Shown: positions 38,860-48,600 of the stretch, one piece after another
How the letters are laid out: each line of letters starts with the position of its first letter
Position numbering within the stretch: position 1 is the first letter of the stretch
Virus record (IMG/VR): IMGVR_UViG_3300046787_000408
Location: 186,001 to 250,000 of that record
Strand: one strand, 5' to 3'
DNA length: 64,000 nt
Program-made: the position numbers and the translations under genes
The notes under the pieces: model-generated
Seen by the model: only the letters and a program-made list of their open reading frames with translations
The model's database searches: none
What the model was told of the DNA's origin: nothing

Positions 38860-41133
38860 ATGCAAAACAATCCCGAAATTGAACAACTGGTAGACCAAGC
38901 AGTAAAAATTGCTCGCACCAAACAGCACGAATATGTGCTGACTGAACATCTTTTGCTGGCCATGATTCAACACGTGCCGTTTCGCAAAGTGGTGGAAAAA
39001 TACGGTGTAGAAGTAGAAATGATGGAAGCAGAACTGGATGCTTATCTTGACAGCCAGATGAATCTTGTACGGGATCGAGCAGATCTTCAGCCCAGAAAAA
39101 CACAAACACTGGAACGAATTTTTAACCGTGCCAATGTGCAGGCAATGTTTACTGGTCGCCGTAGTCTTAGTGTAATCGATCTTTATCTTTCAATCATGGC
39201 CGAAACCAACAGCCATGCACACTACTATTTGCTAAAGTACGGCATTCGCAAAAGTGAGTTTGTGGAGTTCTATCAAAAGACTTATTCTCAGTCCGACGTC
39301 AAGTTGAGTACACAACAAGCTGACGATATCCTAACTGAACATTGCACCAATATCACTGCACAAGCCGCTGCCAATCAGTTGGAGCCCATGATTGGTCGTG
39401 CCACTGAGTTGCAGGAAATGATCACAGTGATGGCACGACGATTCAAAGCCAACGTTCTCATGGTAGGCGACCCAGGTGTGGGCAAAACTGCTATCATTGA
39501 TGGCTTGGCCCAAGAGATTTTGGCTGGACGTGTTCCCGAGTTCTTGAAGGGTCATGAAGTATGGAGCCTAGAAGTTGGCTCCCTGCTGGCAGGAAGCAAG
39601 TATCGCGGTGAGTTTGAAGAAAAGTTCAAGCAAGTTATTGCTGCCTTGGAAGCCAAAAAGAACTGTATCTTGTTTGTTGACGAAGCACACACCATGAAAG
39701 GTGCAGGAGCCGGATCACAAAGCAGCTTGGACTTTGCCAACATGCTGAAACCAGCTATTACCAAAGGTCATTTGAAAGTTGTTGCAAGTACTACCTGGGA
39801 AGAGTTCTACGAAAGCTTTGAAAAGGATCGTGCGCTAATGCGTCGATTCCATCGCTTGAGTATTGATGAGCCAAATGCCAGCACTACTGAGCAAATCTTG
39901 ATTGGCTTGAGTCCTAGGCTGGAACAGTTTCACAATGTGTTAATTGATACAGAAGCCATGACAGCCGCAGTTGAACTGAGTGGACGTTACATTCATGATC
40001 GCAAGAACCCTGACAAATCAATTGACTTGTTGGACGGTGCTTGTGCTAGAGAACGTGTGAAAGATGCAGGTACTGTTACAATCACACGAGACATGATCAT
40101 GGCGCAAGTTAGTAAAATAGCCAATGTGCCCATGGATCGACTGCAAAACGAACGCAGTACCAAGATTCTTGAACTGGAAAACAACATCAAGCAAAAGCTG
40201 TATGGACAGGATGCTGCTGTGGATGCTGTGCTGGAACGAGTGTACATCAACTTTTCAGGCATTGGTAACGAGACTCGCCCCATGGCCAGCTTCTTGTTCC
40301 TGGGCCCAACTGGTACTGGTAAAACAGAACTGGCCAAACTGTTGAGCGATAACTTGGACATGAAACTACTCAAGTACGACATGAGTGAGTATCAAGAAAA
40401 GCACACAGTATCTAGCTTGATTGGCGCACCTCCGGGCTATGTGGGCTTTGAAGATGGCAACGTGGGCGGCGGCAAACTGATCAGTGACATTACTAAAAAT
40501 CCATTCAGTATCATCTTGTTTGACGAGATTGAAAAAGCACACCCAGATGTATCAAACATCTTGTTGCAGATGCTGGACGAAGGTCATATCACAAGCTCTG
40601 CAGGCAAACGAGTAGATGTCAAAAACACCATTATTATCCTGACTTCAAACTTGGGTGCCCGAGACAACGAAGGCAATGCTATTGGCTTTGGATCACAAGA
40701 AAAAACCGGCAACGAAGACAAAGCCATGAAAGAGTTCTTCAAGCCTGAACTGCGAAATCGTATTGATCAGATCTGCAGATTCAACAAGCTGGACCAGTTG
40801 GCTATCAAGAAGATCGTGGTCAAGTTTGTGGATCAACTCAAAGCAAGTTTGTCCAACAAAAACATTCGACTCAACATGAGCGAAGCAGTAATTGACTTGC
40901 TGGCCGAACAAGGCTATGATCCTAAAATGGGTGCTCGTCCCTTGAGTCGCAAAATTGATGAACTGATTCGTGTGCCACTTTCAAAGAAGATCCTGTTTGA
41001 TCGACTTAGCGATTGCACCGTGACTGCACACTTGGTTGACAAACAAGTAACATTTGAAGTAGATGCATTACCAGTTACTGGTGCGGACGCTGACGGATTT
41101 ATTCAGGTGGATCATGGTAACATCGGCATTTGA
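38860..41133 (+). CDS. clpA: ClpA-like AAA+ chaperone
   Basis: Two Walker A motifs (GDPGVGKT, GPTGTGKT), LIGAPPGYVG, DEIEKAHP, IGF ClpP-binding loop, no M-domain; start MQNNP after SD AGGA. Confidence 0.93.
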   Translation: MQNNPEIEQLVDQAVKIARTKQHEYVLTEHLLLAMIQHVPFRKVVEKYGVEVEMMEAELDAYLDSQMNLVRDRADLQPRKTQTLERIFNRANVQAMFTGRRSLSVIDLYLSIMAETNSHAHYYLLKYGIRKSEFVEFYQKTYSQSDVKLSTQQADDILTEHCTNITAQAAANQLEPMIGRATELQEMITVMARRFKANVLMVGDPGVGKTAIIDGLAQEILAGRVPEFLKGHEVWSLEVGSLLAGSKYRGEFEEKFKQVIAALEAKKNCILFVDEAHTMKGAGAGSQSSLDFANMLKPAITKGHLKVVASTTWEEFYESFEKDRALMRRFHRLSIDEPNASTTEQILIGLSPRLEQFHNVLIDTEAMTAAVELSGRYIHDRKNPDKSIDLLDGACARERVKDAGTVTITRDMIMAQVSKIANVPMDRLQNERSTKILELENNIKQKLYGQDAAVDAVLERVYINFSGIGNETRPMASFLFLGPTGTGKTELAKLLSDNLDMKLLKYDMSEYQEKHTVSSLIGAPPGYVGFEDGNVGGGKLISDITKNPFSIILFDEIEKAHPDVSNILLQMLDEGHITSSAGKRVDVKNTIIILTSNLGARDNEGNAIGFGSQEKTGNEDKAMKEFFKPELRNRIDQICRFNKLDQLAIKKIVVKFVDQLKASLSNKNIRLNMSEAVIDLLAEQGYDPKMGARPLSRKIDELIRVPLSKKILFDRLSDCTVTAHLVDKQVTFEVDALPVTGADADGFIQVDHGNIGI

Positions 41134-41776
41134 ACCGGTTGATCGAAGCTGTTTGTTCTTTGACCAGTTCGAGTACAGTGTAGCGTTTCACATGCGATAC
41201 GCTCACCTGGCAAGATGTCGGTCAGGACAGGAGATCGTAAAAGCAGCCGCGACGCGAAATCAATGGGCTCGTAATACTGGTTGGGGCCGCGGATCCAATA
41301 TTGATCCCATCACTAATACACATATTAGTCAGGCCCAGGACATGCACTACCATTTGACCAACCTTGGTATCGAACACAAGCAGGTTATACATAGCCATTC
41401 AATACATGTGTATGCCAACAACCCTGCTGCTTTGTGTAGACTGGCCAAGGCTGGCGATGACTATATTTGGGGCGTACAATTCCAACAAGCACGACTCACA
41501 CTCCCACAAGGTGTAGTGCAGTTAAAAGAGTCCAAGTATCAGTATCGTACCTATTTCAAAGAACGATATCAAAACACTGAATCTTTGCGTAAATTTTTAA
41601 AGGATCGAACAGACTGCTTTGGTTACACTAAAGAATTCAAATTGCGTTTGAACGATTTCAAGTTCTATCTACAGCGCCATCACTTTGTGGACCATCACAA
41701 TGCTGCTGATGCACTCATGTTGAATCTAGTGTGTGCAGACGTTGTGCGTGAAACATTACCTATACAGACTAAATAA
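41114..41776 (+). CDS. hypothetical protein
   Basis: 220 aa. Confidence 0.65.
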   Translation: MVTSAFEPVDRSCLFFDQFEYSVAFHMRYAHLARCRSGQEIVKAAATRNQWARNTGWGRGSNIDPITNTHISQAQDMHYHLTNLGIEHKQVIHSHSIHVYANNPAALCRLAKAGDDYIWGVQFQQARLTLPQGVVQLKESKYQYRTYFKERYQNTESLRKFLKDRTDCFGYTKEFKLRLNDFKFYLQRHHFVDHHNAADALMLNLVCADVVRETLPIQTK

Positions 41777-41782
41777 TACACT

Positions 41783-41956
41783 ATGGCAAAAATACACGAA
41801 GAAACTATCAGTATCAAATTCAGCAAGATGGTCAAGGACTCAGATCCTGTTGGCCCTGGCACCATTGCTTCCGAAGAAGTAGTACTAGCACTAACTTCAG
41901 TAAGTGAAGAACTAGTGGGTCCAGGTGTGGTAGTTGAAATAGACTGGCCAAAATGA
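41783..41956 (+). CDS. small hypothetical protein (not in ORF track)
   Basis: MAKIHEETISIKFSK...VVVEIDWPK, 57 aa, after TAAATA, ATGA overlap with next gene. Confidence 0.7.
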   Translation: MAKIHEETISIKFSKMVKDSDPVGPGTIASEEVVLALTSVSEELVGPGVVVEIDWPK

Positions 41957-42312
41957 CTACATCAACAGTAATGCTAGGGACCACAGTGCATGGTACTCCT
42001 TCAGGCAACTACGATGGTAGTAGTCAAGACTGGAGTAGCGATGCTGCCCAAGCGGCCAACTACTACTGGGGTCGGGGCAGTGTCCAAACTATTGCATTTG
42101 ACCTTACTGGATTTGTAGGCGATATGCGACTAGAAGCCACACTGGATTCTGACGCCAACAGCGCTACTTGGTTTGAAACTTACGACATTCTGGCCCCTAC
42201 TGCATTAACACAACGACAGGTTGCTACCATCACAGGCAACTTTACCTGGATGCGTGTGCGTGTGGTAGAGTTTGATAGTGGTACTATTAATTCTGTAACC
42301 ATTACTTTTTGA
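41953..42312 (+). CDS. hypothetical beta-rich protein
   Basis: 119 aa. Confidence 0.7.
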   Translation: MTTSTVMLGTTVHGTPSGNYDGSSQDWSSDAAQAANYYWGRGSVQTIAFDLTGFVGDMRLEATLDSDANSATWFETYDILAPTALTQRQVATITGNFTWMRVRVVEFDSGTINSVTITF

Positions 42313-42313
42313 C

Positions 42314-42751
42314 ATGGCCGATACTGTTGCTATTTCTGGGACCATCTCTCCTTCTTTCTCTAGTGCTGCTATTGGTGCAGAAGTCTGGATTGATCAACAC
42401 TGTGTGATCAATTGCGAACATGTAGACAGTGTAATCTCGTTTGAACACACACTTGACAACGGTGGCAGTGAGCACGAACTGCGAATTGTAATGAAACACA
42501 AACAAGCAGATCACACTCGCTTGGACGAACAAGGCAACATAGTTCAAGATGCTGTGTTCACAGTATCTGACCTAGAACTTGACGGTATCAACATCATGCA
42601 GATTGTTGTAGATCGTTCAGAATATACCCACGATTTTAATGGTTCTCAACCAACCAGTGTTCATCGATTCTACGGCGAAATGGGTTGCAATGGGACTGTG
42701 AGCATGAAGTTCTCTACTCCTGTTTACCTTTGGCTGTTGGAAAACATGTAA
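42314..42751 (+). CDS. hypothetical protein
   Basis: 145 aa. Confidence 0.7.
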   Translation: MADTVAISGTISPSFSSAAIGAEVWIDQHCVINCEHVDSVISFEHTLDNGGSEHELRIVMKHKQADHTRLDEQGNIVQDAVFTVSDLELDGINIMQIVVDRSEYTHDFNGSQPTSVHRFYGEMGCNGTVSMKFSTPVYLWLLENM

Positions 42752-42764
42752 ACTAAATACTGGC

Positions 42765-43562
42765 ATGACCACAATTGTAATCATGCCTGGCGGCTTCCAT
42801 CCCTATCACGCAGGGCATCACGCCCTTTATCAAAGTGCGCAACGCACATTTCCTGATGCCGAAGTGTATGTTGCTGCAACCAACGATACCAGTTCAAGAC
42901 CTTTTCCGTTTGCTGTAAAAGAAAAACTAGCCCGATTAGCCGGAGTTGAAACTGGGCACTTTGTACAAGTAAGTTCGCCATTTCGTGCGGCCGAAATAAC
43001 CAGCAAGTACAATCCTGAAAAAGACGTCTTGATCTTTGTGCGCAGTGAAAAAGACGCCAACTCGCAACCACAACCTGGCGGAGTCAAAAAAGACGGGTCA
43101 CCTAGTTACCTACAACCTTTGTTGGGTGCTCGAAAGCTAGAGCCATTTGCCAAGCATGCTTACATGGCCTACTTGCCCACAGTAGAGTTTGGTCCAGGTA
43201 TGACGTCGGCCACACAGATTCGTAGTGCTTGGCCCAGTTTAGACGAACGCCGCAAAACAGCTCTTGTGATGAGCCTGTACCCCAAGACGCAAAGCAACAC
43301 CAAGTTAGCTGCCACAGTGGTCAAACTGTTGGACACAGCCATTGGCAGTGAGCATGGTGTGGCGGAAGGTGCTCCGATTGTGGTAGCACAGGCTCCTATC
43401 GATATTCGCAATCCTAAAAAGGCTCCACAGCCATATAGAAATCAGGGCGACATTGTTCCGCCAACAACCCCGCCAAGCACTGAGAAGCGTGGCGTTAAAG
43501 GTCGTCCTGGTCAAAGACCTATGCCTCAACACAACGAAAACAACGATTACCTAGATGAATGA
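42765..43562 (+). CDS. HxGH cytidylyl/nucleotidyltransferase with appended C-terminal module
   Basis: IMPGGFHPYHAGH, PFPFAVK, SATQIR; EHGVAEG junction before tail. Confidence 0.8.
   Translation: MTTIVIMPGGFHPYHAGHHALYQSAQRTFPDAEVYVAATNDTSSRPFPFAVKEKLARLAGVETGHFVQVSSPFRAAEITSKYNPEKDVLIFVRSEKDANSQPQPGGVKKDGSPSYLQPLLGARKLEPFAKHAYMAYLPTVEFGPGMTSATQIRSAWPSLDERRKTALVMSLYPKTQSNTKLAATVVKLLDTAIGSEHGVAEGAPIVVAQAPIDIRNPKKAPQPYRNQGDIVPPTTPPSTEKRGVKGRPGQRPMPQHNENNDYLDE
43350..43369 (+). repeat. QGVAEG DNA repeat copy (HGVAEG variant)
   Basis: GAGCATGGTGTGGCGGAAGG. Confidence 0.85.
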
Positions 43563-44691
43563 CGTGTACTGCCCTTTGATATTCAAAGGTATGTATTTGG
43601 AACGGCACAGTGCTGATACCAGTTTAGTTGCACCTTGTTGCGCTGCAACTGGAGAATTGGTCAACAACTCTCAGGTTAATTTTAACACTAATCCTTTTTT
43701 GTCAAGGCTTCGTAAAGAAAACCAAGACGGCATTGCCAGCAAAGAATGCAATGTGTGTTGGGATCAAGAGAAATATACTGGCCGTAGCCTTAGAACCAGT
43801 TCAGTTGAGTACTATGCTAATTTCAAAGATAGTCCGTTACAAACAACAGAATTAAAAAATCTAGACTGGAACGTAGAACCAATATGCAACGCCAAATGCG
43901 TTATATGCAGTAGTTACCACAGTAGCGCTTGGGCCGCTGAAGATCAAAAATTTATACCCGGTGCTGCTTTGCCTATACGAACAGCCTCACTAGCAAAAAG
44001 CAACAGTATTATTGATGCTGTGGATTTTTCAACTGTAAAAAGAGTTTATTTCAACGGTGGGGAACCAGTACTAAGTCAGGACCCTGAATTTATTTTACAA
44101 AAATTAGCAGATTCTGGAAACCTTGAAAACACTCAAATAGCATTCAACATGAACGGCAGTCGTATGCCTTCAAAGAATCTAATTGATTTGCTCAAGAGAG
44201 CAGAACATGTTACTGTGTTTTTGAGTATTGACGGCACCGATCAACAATTTGAATACATACGGTATCCTCTGAACTGGATCCAGGTCATGTCCAATATTGA
44301 TCAAATAATGCAAATGGGATTCGACGAGGTCTGCATGACCACTGCACTGGGTATTCATAATATTCATATTGCCCAGAGCACCGAAGATTGGTGGAATGAT
44401 TATACAAAAAGTTATCGTGATCAAATTGGTATAAACAATACGTATCAACTTGTGGTTGGGTTGCTTGGTATCAACTCAGCTAGTAGCACTCTTAAAGATC
44501 AACTGTTGATAGATTTTCAGGGACAGCCTGGGAGGGTCGCTGAGCTAGTAATCAATTGTTTGGAATCATGCACAGGTAGCAACCAATGGATTGATTGGTT
44601 AGATACGTTGGATCGTCGGAGAGCTTTGAGTTGGCGTCAAACTTTTCCTGAGCTATATCTAGCTGTGCAGCGAGAAGGGGCTGCAAAATAA
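43555..44691 (+). CDS. radical SAM protein with N-terminal Cys cluster
   Basis: CNAKCVIC, FNGGEP, SIDG, YIRYP; N-terminal C..PCC..CxxC. Confidence 0.88.
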   Translation: MNDVYCPLIFKGMYLERHSADTSLVAPCCAATGELVNNSQVNFNTNPFLSRLRKENQDGIASKECNVCWDQEKYTGRSLRTSSVEYYANFKDSPLQTTELKNLDWNVEPICNAKCVICSSYHSSAWAAEDQKFIPGAALPIRTASLAKSNSIIDAVDFSTVKRVYFNGGEPVLSQDPEFILQKLADSGNLENTQIAFNMNGSRMPSKNLIDLLKRAEHVTVFLSIDGTDQQFEYIRYPLNWIQVMSNIDQIMQMGFDEVCMTTALGIHNIHIAQSTEDWWNDYTKSYRDQIGINNTYQLVVGLLGINSASSTLKDQLLIDFQGQPGRVAELVINCLESCTGSNQWIDWLDTLDRRRALSWRQTFPELYLAVQREGAAK

Positions 44692-44745
44692 TTGTCATGA
44701 TCAACTGAGCCGTTAAATATGTCTATAATTTAACTGGAGAACCCA

Positions 44746-45594
44746 ATGGCTGAACAGCAAATCCAAGTCAATATTGACTACCTTCGCACTACTCGTGTAC
44801 ACATCTGCATGCCCTGTTATGGTGGTATGCTAACTGAACAAACTTTCATGAGCTTTGTTAAATGGGCCAACACATGCCGCCAGTTGGGCATTGACTGGAC
44901 TGTGGAAACCATGACCAACGAAAGCTTGATTAGTCGAGCACGTAATACTCTTTCTGCTAAGTTTTTACATACAGAAGGCTCAACACACTTGATGTTTATT
45001 GACGCAGACATTGGTTGGGAACCCTGGCATCTGTTGGCTTTGCTGAACGCAGACAAAGATGTGATTGGTGGTTTGTACCCCATGAAGAGCTTGCCTGTGA
45101 AATGGTGCGTGAACGGTATTCCTGGACAAGTGGAAGACCCTGAATCCAACTTGATTGAAGTTACCAAGACTGGTACTGGTTTCTTGTTGATCAAACGTGA
45201 AGTATTTGACAAACTCAATGCACACCCTGCTGTGCGTCCTTTCAGCAATGACATTGGCCTGGACCCTGCACTGAATCAGTACATGAAAACCTACTTTGAT
45301 ACTGCTGTGCGTGAAGGCCGCTACTACTCAGAAGACTGGACATTCTGTGAAAACTGGCGTGACATTGGCGGACAAGTGTTTGTGGACAAACGTATTTTGC
45401 TCAAGCACGTGGGCACATACACATTTGATTACGGCACACACGAAAAGCTCTACAAAGATCTTGGCGAAATGTTCAATCCCAAGGCCACTGTGGTTACTGC
45501 ACCAGTACTAACTGCTGCTACAACACCGCATGACTTGGCTGCACAACCTGCTCCTGCCATGGAGACTGAAGTGCTGGCATCTAGCAAGAAATAA
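44746..45594 (+). CDS. glycosyltransferase-like (GT-A) protein
   Basis: ESLISRARN, FIDADIGW, GTGFLLIKR, SEDWTFC. Confidence 0.75.
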   Translation: MAEQQIQVNIDYLRTTRVHICMPCYGGMLTEQTFMSFVKWANTCRQLGIDWTVETMTNESLISRARNTLSAKFLHTEGSTHLMFIDADIGWEPWHLLALLNADKDVIGGLYPMKSLPVKWCVNGIPGQVEDPESNLIEVTKTGTGFLLIKREVFDKLNAHPAVRPFSNDIGLDPALNQYMKTYFDTAVREGRYYSEDWTFCENWRDIGGQVFVDKRILLKHVGTYTFDYGTHEKLYKDLGEMFNPKATVVTAPVLTAATTPHDLAAQPAPAMETEVLASSKK

Positions 45595-45623
45595 CACATT
45601 CTAACTCAGCGGTAAATACATTC

Positions 45624-48600
45624 ATGAATACCGCTGAGTTAGATTCCTATAGCCTTGACGATGCCGTCAAGTTCAACCAAGACTTGAACCCCCGCCTGTG
45701 GCACAAACAGCGCATGCGACCTGAGGTGCGTGAAAAGCTGTTGGAGATTGCAGCAGACTTCAAACAAAGCCTGGGACTGTCAGACCTTGAAGTCAAAGAC
45801 ATCACAGTATCAGGGTCCAACGCAGGTTTTACCTATACTCCACACTCAGACATTGATCTGCATCTTGTGGTAGACATTCCCCAAGCAGACACTAGCGATG
45901 TTTATCGTGAACTGTTTGACGCCAAGAAATACCAATACAACGCTGAACACAATATCACCATTGGTGGATATGATGTAGAGTTGTATGTGGAAAATGCCAA
46001 TCAACCACCAGTTAGTCAAGGTATGTACAGCCTTGTAAAAGATGACTGGATCAACATTCCCAAGCGTAGACGCAGCACTGTAAACGACGATGCTGTGCGC
46101 AGCAAGTATGGGGATCTCAAGCACAGAATACAAACTGCTGTAGACAGCAAAGATCACGAACAGATTTCTGCTATGGCAGCAAAGATCAAAAAAATGCGCC
46201 AAACTGGCCTGGCTCGCAGTGGTGAGATGGGTCCTGAGAATTTGGCTTACAAGATGCTCCGAGCACAAGGCTACATCAAGAAACTGTACGATGCTAGAAC
46301 TGCTGCTCGCGATCTTGAACTCAGTTTGACTGAGCGCAAGAAAAAGAAAAAGCGAGTTCGCTACGGTTTCTGGAGTCCAGGTTTTGCATTTGGAGACGGC
46401 GACAGCGGAGATGGCGGAGGCGGTGGTGAAAGTATTCAAGAAGTATCAGTTACCCCAGACGGTGTTAGTCCCAGTACCAAGATGTTTTTGGAACAAGATT
46501 CTGCCAAAGATGTTGATGTTCTAAAAAGTTTTGCACGTTACGTAAGCGGTGAGCTAGGCCTTGCTAAAATACCCAAGATTATTATCAAGCGCAAGCCTGA
46601 GTGGTCTGAACAAAATGGCAGCTTTGGACAGTATGTGCCTGAGCTCAATCAACTCACACTGAGTCTGCATGGTCGTCACATTGTGGATGTGTTGCGTACC
46701 TTGGCTCATGAGCTTACACATGCGCATCAACAACAGACCACAGGTATTCCTGACAACGGCGGCGATACCGGCAGTGAATTTGAAAACGAAGCCAATGCTC
46801 GTGCAGGCGAATTCATGCGTCATTTTGCTGATACCCACCCTGAATACTTTGATTCACGAACACTAGGCGAAAGCTCAGGCTACATTCCTACTGCTGCTGA
46901 AAAGAACGATCCACGTTTTGTAATGGCACTGAGTCCCGACGTTCAGCCAGGGGCAACTGGCAAGAATGCCAACCGCATGAGCTTGAAAACTGATGCACAG
47001 GGCCGTCCACAGCAGGCTCGTACAAACGGGCTAGTAGAATCCATGTCTCGAGAATTTGCCAAATTCCAATCAAAAGAAGAACCCTGGGACAGAGATAGCT
47101 ACGAGCCGCCAGGCCCAGAGTTTGAACCACAGATGCCAGCGGGCACAACTGAGATTGACGTAAAAGATCTTACAGACTGGTACAGACTTGGCATGGATAT
47201 CAGCGACATGGATGATGCCAAACCTGAAGATTACAATCAAGGTCCTCCAGATACTGTGGTAACATTTGCCAGCGACGAACTAGAACAGACCTATCTAAAA
47301 CAAATGAAGAGACTGGGGCTAAAGACAAAAGATCTAGATCCTGATGTCAAGGGTGGCGTGGACGTATCCGACCAGCATCAGCCCAAAGAAGACTTGTTGG
47401 AAATCAAAATGACCGGCAAAAACCTGCGAGCCGAAGCTGCCAAGACAGGCGCACAAGCTGGTATGGAATTTGAAATGATTGTGCCCAACACCGAAACCGA
47501 TGTTGAACCAGAATACGAACCTGACATGGATCAGGATCAACGTACTAGAAGTTTCAGTGACATTCGCGACTTCTTTCATGATGGTGACTACAATGGACGT
47601 AGACAAGTAGATAACCTGATGGATGAGTTAATTGGTGAGTACGAAGAATGGAAGCAGGAACAAACTGCTGAGCAATGGGATCGTGACGGTGTAGATTACA
47701 TGCGTGACTTTATTGAAGTCAATGAGTTGTTTGATCGCGACGAAGCCATGCTTCAAGCTAGAGCTGATGTTGTTGCAGCCAATCCTGACCTGCCGCCAGA
47801 GTCAGAAGACTTCACACAATTACTCACTGCCAGACTTGATGAACTACAAGAACAGTTTGTGCTAGAATCGTTTGAAGCTGGTGGCCGTATCTACAATGAC
47901 GCATTTGAAACATTTGCAGAAGAACAAAACGAAGAATACGACGAACGCAGTTTCTTGGATGACCGATATACCTACATGAGTGACATTCAAAGCAACTTTG
48001 ATATCAGCTGGCCCTATTACATTGACATCAACGATGGCCAAGGTGGAGATATGGACATTGATCAAGTGGCAGATGAGTTCAGTTCTTACATGGGCAAGCC
48101 TGTTAATGCCAGTCGCCAGTATCATGGTGGTCGTCGTGAAGCAGGAACTTATGTTGTGGAACCTGATGGTAGTCTAGAAGGCGACAATCCTGGCGATGGT
48201 GGCTTGGAATTTGTTAGCCCGCCCATGCCTATAGATGAAATGATTTCAGACTTGAACAAGGTCAAGTCCTGGGCAGACAAGACTGGTTGCTACACCAACG
48301 ACTCAACTGGCTTGCATATCAACATTTCGGTGCCCGACTATTCAATTGACAAGCTGGACTATGTTAAACTGGCCATACTCATGGGCGACGAATACATTCT
48401 GGACTTGTTTGGCCGCTCGGGCAACACCTATGCTAAATCAGCCATGGGCAAGATCAAATCAGCGCTGAAGCAAAAGCCTGAAGCCGCTGCACAAATCATG
48501 GACTTGATGAAACAAGGTCTGGACGGTGCTGCAACCAAGGCCATACACACAGGTATCACAGACAAGTATACTTCAATCAACACCAAGACTGGCTACATTG

